Shown here piece by piece: positions 1 through 7,049 of a stretch of 26,279 nucleotides of DNA. Within the stretch, counting starts at the first letter, position 1. Every line of letters begins with the position of its first letter. The stretch is from an uncultured Anaerolineales bacterium (lineage in GTDB: Bacteria; Chloroflexota; Anaerolineae; CAZYHC01): NCBI GenBank assembly GCA_964646625.1, contig CAZYHC010000065.1, positions 1 through 26,279 of the forward strand, read 5' to 3'. A program made the position numbers and the translations under genes. Below the pieces are notes generated by a model. The model worked only from the letters and a program-made list of their open reading frames with translations, searched no databases and was not told the origin of the DNA.

Positions 1-101
1 TCATGCAAAACCTGGGCAGCCAGCACTACGCCGTAGCCTATGGCGACCTGCGCCCTGAACTGGAGACCTTCTGCCGTCTACGAAGCATCGAAGTGGTATA
101 G
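1..101 (+). CDS. 3' end of an upstream gene (C-terminal fragment, ...RLRSIEVV*), product unknown
   Basis: Open frame running in from the window edge and ending at TAG 99-101. An AGGAG RBS follows for the next gene. Too short to assign a function. Confidence 0.3.
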   Translation, partial: MQNLGSQHYAVAYGDLRPELETFCRLRSIEVV

Positions 102-125
102 GGAATGGGGAATAGGAGATAGGCG

Positions 126-1655
126 ATGAATTATCTGCTGGGTCTCGACGCAGGCACGACCTCTCTCAAGACCGCCCTCTACAGTGAGGCTGGCAAGCTT
201 GTAGCCAGCAGCGTGCAGGAGTATCATCTGATCACTCCCACCGTGGATACCGTAGAGATCGACCCCGAAGAGTACTGGTGGGCCTGCGTACAGGGTATCA
301 GAGAAGCGTTGAGCAGCAGCGGCGTAGACCCTGCGGCGGTGAAGGGTCTGGCTATCTCCAGCCAGGGAGAGAGCTTTGTGCCCGTGGACGAAAACGGGCG
401 CCCCCTGCGTCGCACCATCGTCTGGCTGGACAATCGGGCGGTGAAGGAGAGCCAGGATATTGCCAGGCATTTCGGAGTGTCCAGGGTTTTTCAGGTCACA
501 GGTCAGCCGGAGGTGGTGCCCACCTGGACCGCTCCCAAATACCTGTGGCTGCGCCGTCACGAGCCGGACGTCTTCCGGCGGACCCACAAAATCCTCATGG
601 TGGAGGATTACCTGGTCCACCGCCTCAGCGGCCTGTACGCCACTGACTGCGCGGTGGTATCATCCACCATCTACCTGGACCTGGTGAAAGGCGACTGGTG
701 GCCGGAGATGCTGGACTTCGTGGGCCTTTCCCCCGATAAGCTGCCCGCCCTTCATTATTCGGGCCAGGTGGTGGGCCCTCTCACCGCCCAGGCTGCCGCC
801 GAAACGGGCCTGACCACCTCCACGCTGGTAGCCAGCGGGGCTATGGACCAGGTAGCAGGGGCGATCAGCGCGGGCAACATCGCGCCGGGCGTGGTCACCG
901 AGACCACAGGCACGGCTATGGCCCTGACCGTGACCCTGGAAAGTCCCCTTTGCGACGAGAGATACAACATCCCCTGTCACTATCACGCCTGGAAAGATGG
1001 TTACATGCTCATGGCCTGGGCCGAATCGGCCGGCCTGGCCTTGCGCTGGTTTCGGGATGCTTTCTGCCAGGAGGAGCAGTGGGTAGCTCGCCATGCCGGG
1101 GCCGACGCCTACGACTTCCTGGGGGAAGCCGCGGCCCGCGTGCCGCCCGGCTGTGAGGGGCTGGTGGCCCTGCCGCACCTGACGGGGGCGGCCTGCCCGG
1201 AGTTCGATCCGGCGGCGCGGGGGGTTTTTCTGGGCATCTCCCTGAAGCACACCAAAGGCCATTTTGTGCGGGCTATCATGGAAGCGGTGGCCTTCATGGT
1301 GCGGCGCAACATCGACAGCATTGAGGCCCTGGGCATCGAAGTGAAGGAGATTACCTCCCTGGGCGGAGCGGCCAAGAGCCCCTTGTGGAACCAGATCAAG
1401 GCCGACGTGCTGGGTAAACCCATCCTGGCCTTGCAGTCGGAGATGGGGGCTGCGGCCGGCGCGGCCATGCTGGCTGGCCTGGCCGTCGGCTCCTTCGAGA
1501 ACCTGGCCCAGGCTTACGAGCGGCTGGCCGTGCCCGGCCAGCGGTTCGACCCCAACCCGGCCCACGAAGCGTTGTACCGCCGCCAGTACGAGCTTTACAA
1601 ACGCCTCTACGAGAGCACCAAAGAGCTGTTCGCGATGGCAGGGCAGGGGGAGTGA
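126..1655 (+). CDS. FGGY-family carbohydrate kinase (xylulokinase-like)
   Basis: The N-terminus LGLDAGTTSLKTALY is the FGGY_N phosphate-1 motif. The C-terminus GGAAKSPLWNQIKADVLGKPI is the FGGY_C motif. 509 aa is a typical length. AGGAG RBS lies 7 nt upstream of the ATG. Confidence 0.88.
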   Translation: MNYLLGLDAGTTSLKTALYSEAGKLVASSVQEYHLITPTVDTVEIDPEEYWWACVQGIREALSSSGVDPAAVKGLAISSQGESFVPVDENGRPLRRTIVWLDNRAVKESQDIARHFGVSRVFQVTGQPEVVPTWTAPKYLWLRRHEPDVFRRTHKILMVEDYLVHRLSGLYATDCAVVSSTIYLDLVKGDWWPEMLDFVGLSPDKLPALHYSGQVVGPLTAQAAAETGLTTSTLVASGAMDQVAGAISAGNIAPGVVTETTGTAMALTVTLESPLCDERYNIPCHYHAWKDGYMLMAWAESAGLALRWFRDAFCQEEQWVARHAGADAYDFLGEAAARVPPGCEGLVALPHLTGAACPEFDPAARGVFLGISLKHTKGHFVRAIMEAVAFMVRRNIDSIEALGIEVKEITSLGGAAKSPLWNQIKADVLGKPILALQSEMGAAAGAAMLAGLAVGSFENLAQAYERLAVPGQRFDPNPAHEALYRRQYELYKRLYESTKELFAMAGQGE

Positions 1656-1736
1656 TAATCCCCCTGCTTTCTTTACAAGGATGCCCCGCCAGTTCATGTT
1701 TCACGTGCAACCTCCCATGTTACGGCGATGTGATAT

Positions 1737-1764
1737 TTGACTTTGCGGGGGGATGGTATACTTT
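1737..1764 (+). promoter_or_regulatory. Putative sigma70-like promoter (TTGACT, 16 nt spacer, TACTTT) for the metallopeptidase gene
   Basis: AT-rich hexamers in the intergenic region between the kinase and the peptidase. The spacing is less ideal than at the other promoters in the window. Confidence 0.35.
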
Positions 1765-1940
1765 TAGTCAATGATATGATGGGGCTTGACGATGACCGCG
1801 TGCAGAAGGAGGTGATAGCAATCGAGAGAACCATGAGCGCCGCTCTGAAGCCGCTGGTCCAGCGGCTGGACGTGTATAGCCAGCCGTGGCAAAGATGAAT
1901 GAACAACTTTTACTTTCTATTCAAGGAGGAAAGAAAGACA

Positions 1941-3884
1941 ATGAAAAGGCTAACATGGACACAAACGATAGTGGCGGCATTAACTGTGCTGGCAGCTATG
2001 GTTCTCTTACACATGAGCCTGCCTGTACCCAATTATGCCCAGGAGCCGCTTCCACCAAGCGCGGCTCTTATCGAGGAGAGCTATGAACGGGGCGAGATCG
2101 ACTATGAGACTGCTTTGCTCTACAAAGTGTACTCGCTCTTCGACCCTGAAAAGCTCCCCGCCGAGTACCAAAGCGATACGTCGATCCCATGCGGAACCCC
2201 TATCCTGTTGGAAGTCAAAAGGAATTGGGACAGGTTGAGCCCTGAGGTTAAAAGCGCGTTGAGTGTGTATCCAATGCAGGGCAGACCGACCTTAAGTGGG
2301 CCTGAACTCACTTACGACACGGCCCACTTCCAAATCCACTACACCACCTCTGGCGCCGATGCTATTGCACCTGCGAACGACGACAACGGCAATGGAACAC
2401 CTGACTGCATCGAGGCGATAGGCACGGCGTTCGAGAACGTCTGGAACGCGGAGATTAACACCCTGGGGTGGCTACAACCACCTTCAGATCAGAGCTCAGA
2501 TGGAGATCCAGATGTTGATGTCTACATTTATGATATAGGTTTTAGTGGCGGATTTGCTAGCTTCGAAAGCTCGACAGGTGATAACGAAAACTCGCCTACA
2601 GTCATTGAACGTTTCGCTGGATATGGATGGATAGCATTTACGAACGGCTGGACGATCTGGGGGAGCTGCACTGAATCGTCGTTCATGCCCCTAGCCGCTC
2701 ACGAGTTCAACCACCTTGTCCAGTTCGGCTACAATTATTGGGGGGCAGGTTGGTTCATGGAGGCGACTGCCAACTGGATGCAGGGTGAGGTTTTCGAGGT
2801 TCTCGGAGCCGACTGGTGGGCATCTCCCTACGTTTACTTTAGCTCTCCAGATACCTGTATGCCTCACCAGGATCACGGGTACGCAGATTGGATTTTCCTG
2901 CGTTACATCTCGGAACATCACGACCAGAGCACGGTGAGGAGCATCTGGGAGCACATAGTCCATTATGCGAGTAATATGGCTGGTATCTTTCAGGCCATCA
3001 GCGATGCTCTGGGCGCGGCAGGCACGAGTTTAGTCGATGTCTTCGAGAATTTTACCGCGGCCAACCGCGTGCTCTCTACCTGTCCGACAAATACTCCCTA
3101 CTGCTATGAGAAAGCAGTTGCCTATCCCGATGTCTACATTGAGGGAAACATTAATTTCAATGGGACAACGACTACTTACAACCCGCCGGACGGAATAGGG
3201 CAATACAGCGCCGACTACGTCGCCATCAACTCTACAGTAGACGCCATGAAAGTTTCGGTGGCCGGAAGCGGGCCCTCAAATAACTACGGAGCGCAAATAG
3301 TGAGCCTGGGTGATGGGGTAGCAACAGTCACTCCTTTCTTTATGACGAGCGGTACAGCCGGCTGGGCGATAGTGAGTGGCACCGTACCTTATAGCCTGAC
3401 CCTGGTCATAAAGAATGAGGACAATTGGGAGGACGAGTGGGGGCGGGCCGACTGCGCTGATTCAGGCTATACGGTTAGCGTTGACCCGGCCTCTTTTTTG
3501 CCGACCAAGGTCGATAACCCGGACCCGGTCCAGCCCGGCGGCCTGCTGACCTACACCCTGACCATCGCCAACGTCACCACAGGTGGGTTCACGGGTCTGG
3601 TCATCACCGACACCGTACCCGCCAAAACGAGTTTCGTCTGGGCCAGCGAGGGAGGCACGTTGGTAGCAGGCAACGTGGTAAGCTGGACAGCGCCTAGCCT
3701 GGCCGGGTGGGCATCTATCACTCGCACGTTGGTGGTGTCCGTCTCCAGCGCAGCCCGCAGCCAGGTCATCACTAACACCACCTACGGCGTGCGCTGCGAC
3801 CAGGTGCCCACTCCCACCTGGGGCGCGACGGTAGCCACTACTGTCGAGGGGGCAGTCTACCTGCCGGTCATCAGGAGGGAGTAA
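1941..3884 (+). CDS. Secreted zinc metallopeptidase (HEXXH...E gluzincin-like) with C-terminal DUF11 repeat domain
   Basis: Start reassigned to ATG 1941 (AAGGAGGA RBS 10 nt upstream). The ORF track starts at 1899, in the same frame. The signal peptide is MKRLTWTQTIVAALTVLAAMVLLHMSLPVPNYA|QE. The HEFNH motif at ~aa 265 is followed by MEATANW, a candidate third ligand Glu. The C-terminal LTYTLTIANVTTGGFTGLVITDTVPAKTSFVWASEGG matches the DUF11 'conserved repeat domain' pattern. Confidence 0.75.
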   Translation: MKRLTWTQTIVAALTVLAAMVLLHMSLPVPNYAQEPLPPSAALIEESYERGEIDYETALLYKVYSLFDPEKLPAEYQSDTSIPCGTPILLEVKRNWDRLSPEVKSALSVYPMQGRPTLSGPELTYDTAHFQIHYTTSGADAIAPANDDNGNGTPDCIEAIGTAFENVWNAEINTLGWLQPPSDQSSDGDPDVDVYIYDIGFSGGFASFESSTGDNENSPTVIERFAGYGWIAFTNGWTIWGSCTESSFMPLAAHEFNHLVQFGYNYWGAGWFMEATANWMQGEVFEVLGADWWASPYVYFSSPDTCMPHQDHGYADWIFLRYISEHHDQSTVRSIWEHIVHYASNMAGIFQAISDALGAAGTSLVDVFENFTAANRVLSTCPTNTPYCYEKAVAYPDVYIEGNINFNGTTTTYNPPDGIGQYSADYVAINSTVDAMKVSVAGSGPSNNYGAQIVSLGDGVATVTPFFMTSGTAGWAIVSGTVPYSLTLVIKNEDNWEDEWGRADCADSGYTVSVDPASFLPTKVDNPDPVQPGGLLTYTLTIANVTTGGFTGLVITDTVPAKTSFVWASEGGTLVAGNVVSWTAPSLAGWASITRTLVVSVSSAARSQVITNTTYGVRCDQVPTPTWGATVATTVEGAVYLPVIRRE

Positions 3885-3927
3885 GAAGCGTCTCCAGGCA
3901 ATACCTGCCAGTCTATAATAGATCGAA

Positions 3928-3962
3928 GGAGCCCCGTCTGAGCAGATGGGGCTCCTTTTTTC
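3928..3962 (+). terminator. Rho-independent terminator after the metallopeptidase gene
   Basis: GGAGCCCCGTCTG..CAGATGGGGCTCC stem of ~13 bp with one mismatch, followed by TTTTTTT. Confidence 0.6.
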
Positions 3963-3977
3963 AACGCGGCTTCGCTC

Positions 3978-4006
3978 TTGCCAAGATAAGGAGAAGTAGG
4001 TATAAT
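3978..4006 (+). promoter_or_regulatory. Sigma70-type promoter TTGCCA, 17 nt spacer, TATAAT driving the DUF433/DUF5615 pair
   Basis: Exact 17-nt spacing. -35 at 3978-3983 and -10 at 4001-4006. A GGAGGAG RBS precedes ATG 4039. Confidence 0.5.
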
Positions 4007-4038
4007 GGAGCCAGCAGTGAGAGACGGAGGAGCTTGAA

Positions 4039-4449
4039 ATGTCTGAAATGGTAGCACTTGATATGGAACGCATCCGCACCCAACTGGATCACCTGGAAGA
4101 AGAGATCCGCAGGCTGAGACGAATGGTAGAAGGGGCTGACACCTCGCCGACCAGGGTGGAAAGGACCGAACATCCTCACATCGTCCGCGCCGAGGGAGTC
4201 TGTGGCGGCGATCCAGTGATAGAAGGGACAAGGATCACGGTGTGGATCATCGCCGCCATGATCAAACGAGGAGAAACAGTGGACGGTATTCTGGAAGCCT
4301 ATCCCTGGCTCTCTGCCGCTCAGGTGTACGATGCTCTGGCCTATTATCACGATCATGTGGAGGAAATAGAGCAGCAAATCGCTGAGAACTCAGAGGAAAC
4401 TTGCCGAGATGAATACCGAGCCTGGCTTGTTCATCACCCTTTACCTTGA
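4039..4449 (+). CDS. DUF433-domain protein (antitoxin-like partner of DUF5615)
   Basis: The core GGDPVIEGTRITVWIIAAMIKRGETVDGILEAYPWLSAAQVYDALAYY matches the DUF433 signature (P-x-I-x-GTRI...YP.L). It overlaps the downstream DUF5615 gene. Confidence 0.75.
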   Translation: MSEMVALDMERIRTQLDHLEEEIRRLRRMVEGADTSPTRVERTEHPHIVRAEGVCGGDPVIEGTRITVWIIAAMIKRGETVDGILEAYPWLSAAQVYDALAYYHDHVEEIEQQIAENSEETCRDEYRAWLVHHPLP

Positions 4450-4783
4450 TGAACACATTCCTCTGAAGTTGGCCTCGGCCCTGCGTGAGCGCGGTTTCGA
4501 TGCTATGCACGCTGAAGAGTTGGGAATGAAAGGCGCTCAGGATCAGCAACATCTAAAGCTGGCCCTGGAGACAGGACGCACGATCCTTACCTATAACGCT
4601 AAGCATTTCAGGCAACTTCATCAAGCTTACTGGGAAGCGAACCAAGAGCCTTGTGGGATAGTGATCTCCGAAGAGCTGGAAATCGGAGAGCTTTTACGTT
4701 GTGTCTTGAAGTTGCTCAACACGGTCACCGCTGACGAGATGCGTGGACAGTTAAGATTCCTGTCAGATTTCGCTGAAAAATAG
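4409..4783 (+). CDS. DUF5615-family (PIN-like) putative toxin
   Basis: The N-terminus LFITLYLDEHIPLKLASALRERGFDAMHAEELG matches DUF5615 (M.k.llDEn.p..l...L...G). It overlaps the DUF433 gene by 41 nt if it starts at ATG 4409, or 23 nt if it starts at TTG 4427. This is the canonical DUF433-DUF5615 gene pair. Confidence 0.75.
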   Translation: MNTEPGLFITLYLDEHIPLKLASALRERGFDAMHAEELGMKGAQDQQHLKLALETGRTILTYNAKHFRQLHQAYWEANQEPCGIVISEELEIGELLRCVLKLLNTVTADEMRGQLRFLSDFAEK

Positions 4784-4787
4784 TGAA

Positions 4788-4820
4788 CCTCTTTCGTTCT
4801 ACCGAGAGAGGATTTTTTTA
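4788..4820 (+). terminator. Rho-independent terminator after the TA-like pair
   Basis: CCTCTTTCG / CGAGAGAGG stem with one mismatch, loop ttctac, then ATTTTTTTA. Confidence 0.55.
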
Positions 4821-4835
4821 CTGAGTGGAGGACAT

Positions 4836-5741
4836 TTGACCGAAAACGGCGAGAAAAGCGCTACCCCCCGCATCTGCGACTACGAGGGTTCAACCTACCG
4901 CACCGATTTCTGGGAAGGTCGGGAGTACGAGGACCTGGCCGAACGCCTGGCTCTCCAGAAGCTTATGCCCCCGCCAGGAGGCCGCCTGATCGACCTCGGG
5001 GCTGGCTTCGGTCGTCTGGCCGACTTCTACCCCGGCTATGACCAGGTAATCCTCCTGGACTATTCCCGCTCGATGCTCCGAGAAGCGCGGGAGCGCCTGG
5101 GGGCTGACCTCCCCTGCACCTGCGTGGCCGCCGACCTCTACAACCTGCCCCTGAACGACGCCCTGTTCGACACGGCCCTGACGGTGCGCGTCCTGCACCA
5201 CGTTCAGAACATCCCCGCCGCCCTGAAGGAGATACGGCGGGTGATGCGCCCCGGCGGAGCCTACGTCCTGGAATACGCCAACAAACGCCACCTGAAGGCC
5301 ATCTTACGCTACCTGGCCGGCCGCCAGAGTTGGAGCCCCTTCTCGCCCGAACCGGTAGAGTTTGTAAATCTCAACTATGATTTCCACCCGGCCTACGTGA
5401 AAGCCCGCCTCAGCGAAGCGGGCTTTGCCATCGAGAGGCAGTTGACCGTTTCGCACTTCCGTTTGCCCCTGCTCAAACGCTTGATCTCCCCTCGTCACCT
5501 GGCGGCCCTTGATGGCCTGCTCCAGTGGTCGGCGCCCCTGTTTAAGCTAAGCCCCAGCGTCCTGGTCAGGGCCAGGGCCAAAGGAGGGCAGGCCGGGGCC
5601 CGATCAGGACAGGGCCTCTTCCGCTGCCCCCACTGCCATAACCCCCACCTGATCCAGACGCCCCAGGCTTTGGAGTGTCCAGGCTGCGACCGACGTTGGG
5701 CCGTCGAGGATGGCCTCTACAACTTCAAGGAGCCGCTGTAA
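4836..5741 (+). CDS. Class I SAM-dependent methyltransferase with C-terminal Cys4 zinc-ribbon
   Basis: Motif I is LIDLGAGFGRL, with an acidic post-I residue in ILLD and the motif VMRPGGAYVL. The C-terminal CPHCHNP...CPGCD has a CxxC...CxxC ribbon pattern. The start is a TTG preceded by GGAGGA at short spacing, so the start call is tentative. Confidence 0.7.
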   Translation: MTENGEKSATPRICDYEGSTYRTDFWEGREYEDLAERLALQKLMPPPGGRLIDLGAGFGRLADFYPGYDQVILLDYSRSMLREARERLGADLPCTCVAADLYNLPLNDALFDTALTVRVLHHVQNIPAALKEIRRVMRPGGAYVLEYANKRHLKAILRYLAGRQSWSPFSPEPVEFVNLNYDFHPAYVKARLSEAGFAIERQLTVSHFRLPLLKRLISPRHLAALDGLLQWSAPLFKLSPSVLVRARAKGGQAGARSGQGLFRCPHCHNPHLIQTPQALECPGCDRRWAVEDGLYNFKEPL

Positions 5742-5807
5742 ACCCGTTCAGAGGGTCATTCGTTCACGCTTCATACGTTTGCACGCTCCGATGAATCCCC
5801 CCGCTTT

Positions 5808-5833
5808 CAGGGCCGTGCCAGGCCCCTTTTTTC
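5808..5833 (+). terminator. Putative rho-independent terminator after the methyltransferase
   Basis: GGGCC-gtgcca-GGCCC hairpin followed by CTTTTTTC. Confidence 0.45.
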
Positions 5834-5849
5834 GGCCGAAAATTGCCAC

Positions 5850-5878
5850 TTGCCAAAAATGAAAAAAGGTGGTATTAT
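5850..5878 (+). promoter_or_regulatory. Sigma70-type promoter TTGCCA, 17 nt spacer, TATTAT for the LPXTG surface protein
   Basis: A direct repeat TTGCCAC TTGCCAA supplies the -35. The -10 is at 5873-5878. It is followed by a GGAAAGGAGG RBS and ATG 5958. Confidence 0.5.
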
Positions 5879-5957
5879 ATATGCATAAGGTTTCATCCAA
5901 ATGACCATTGACGCACTTCTCGGATTAGGACCGGTCAAACCGGAAAGGAGGTTCCCT

Positions 5958-7028
5958 ATGAGGGAAAAAATCGTAAGGAGAGCCCCAATCTATCTTATCG
6001 TGTTCCTGCTGGTGGTGGGCACTGTCTCTTGCTCCGCCCTCCGCAACAGGCTGAGGGTGGGAGAAGCGCCGACCAACACCTCAGCGGCGGTGACGGAATT
6101 GCCCGGTTCGCCGGTGGCGGTGGAACAAGTGGAACCAGAGGAGCCCACAGAGAGGCCACAGCTGCCTACCGCCACACCTACCTTTACCCCTCTGCCCACC
6201 AACACGCCGGTGTTCGTGGTGCTGGAGCCCACCAAGACTCCCACCAGACTTCCCGCGACCAGCACTCCCACTGCCACCGCCTGGCCTACCGTCACCCCCA
6301 GCCCCACCAGGAGCCAAAGGGGAGCCGGCTCCAATGCTCCGGCCCAGAAGCCCGCGTACTACTGGCAAGACGTCCTGACCAATGGCGATTTTGAAGAAGG
6401 CTTCGGTTATGGCGGGGTGGCCCAGGGCTGGCACGGTTTTCACAACGGGTCCGCCGATTTCGTATGGGGCGATACTATCTGGGACGTGGCCGTCTGGGAG
6501 GGGAAACACGCTCAACTGATGAGCGTCCAAAATCCTCTCCAGGGCGACCGTTACGTCGGCATCTTTCAGACCTTCCCTGTCACTAAAGGACTGTCCTACG
6601 AATTCGCCTTTCACGGCCTGATTCAATCCAGCGCCGGGAGCGCCGAGGCTTCCAAATGGGGCAACCGCATCCAATGGGGCGTAGACTATAACGGCGGCAC
6701 CGACTGGCAAATGGTGAACTACTGGACCGACGCCGGCTGGGACGAATACCCCCTGCTGGACGGCTCTTCCATCATCGGCGATTACAGGATCACTCTCCAG
6801 GCTACCTCCGAGGCCATGACCATTTTCATCCGGGGCTGGAAGAAATGGGCCTGGTCAGGCAGCGTGGCTAACTTCTACCTGGATGGCATCAAGCTCAAGG
6901 GGCCCAAAATCGTCGAGGAACCCAGCAAACTCCCTACCACCGGCCTGACGCCGGGCCTGTTCCTGGTGGCCGGTCTCCTGGGTTTGCTGGTGGTCGCCTT
7001 CCGTCAGATACGCCGGAGCATGGCCTGA
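5958..7028 (+). CDS. LPXTG-anchored cell-surface protein with Pro/Thr linker and CBM4/9-like beta-sandwich domain
   Basis: Start moved to ATG 5958 (RBS GGAAAGGAGG); the ORF track begins at 5901. The signal and TM segment is IYLIVFLLVVGTVSCSA. A Pro/Thr-rich linker follows (PTATPTFTPLPTNTP...TPSPT). The domain begins NGDFEEGF...W, typical of CBM_4_9 or galactose-binding-like modules. The C-terminal sorting signal is LPTTG + LTPGLFLVAGLLGLLVVAF + RQIRRS. Confidence 0.7.
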   Translation: MREKIVRRAPIYLIVFLLVVGTVSCSALRNRLRVGEAPTNTSAAVTELPGSPVAVEQVEPEEPTERPQLPTATPTFTPLPTNTPVFVVLEPTKTPTRLPATSTPTATAWPTVTPSPTRSQRGAGSNAPAQKPAYYWQDVLTNGDFEEGFGYGGVAQGWHGFHNGSADFVWGDTIWDVAVWEGKHAQLMSVQNPLQGDRYVGIFQTFPVTKGLSYEFAFHGLIQSSAGSAEASKWGNRIQWGVDYNGGTDWQMVNYWTDAGWDEYPLLDGSSIIGDYRITLQATSEAMTIFIRGWKKWAWSGSVANFYLDGIKLKGPKIVEEPSKLPTTGLTPGLFLVAGLLGLLVVAFRQIRRSMA

Positions 7029-7049
7029 CGGGGGAGGAACGAAAACCCT

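Noticed and set aside
78-620. 180-aa minus-strand ORF
   Set aside because: It lies entirely antisense within the well-supported FGGY kinase gene. It is a typical spurious ORF in a high-GC sequence with few stop codons.
660-1697. 345-aa minus-strand ORF rich in Gly/Arg/Pro
   Set aside because: Antisense to the kinase gene. Its composition (R/G/P-rich, no motifs) is that of reverse-frame translation of GC-rich coding DNA.
1899-1940. N-terminal extension MNNFYFLFKEERKT of the metallopeptidase ORF
   Set aside because: There is no RBS before 1899. The ATG at 1941 has AAGGAGGA at ideal spacing and starts a canonical signal peptide.
6081-6710. 209-aa minus-strand ORF
   Set aside because: Antisense to the LPXTG surface protein gene. 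The product is low-complexity.
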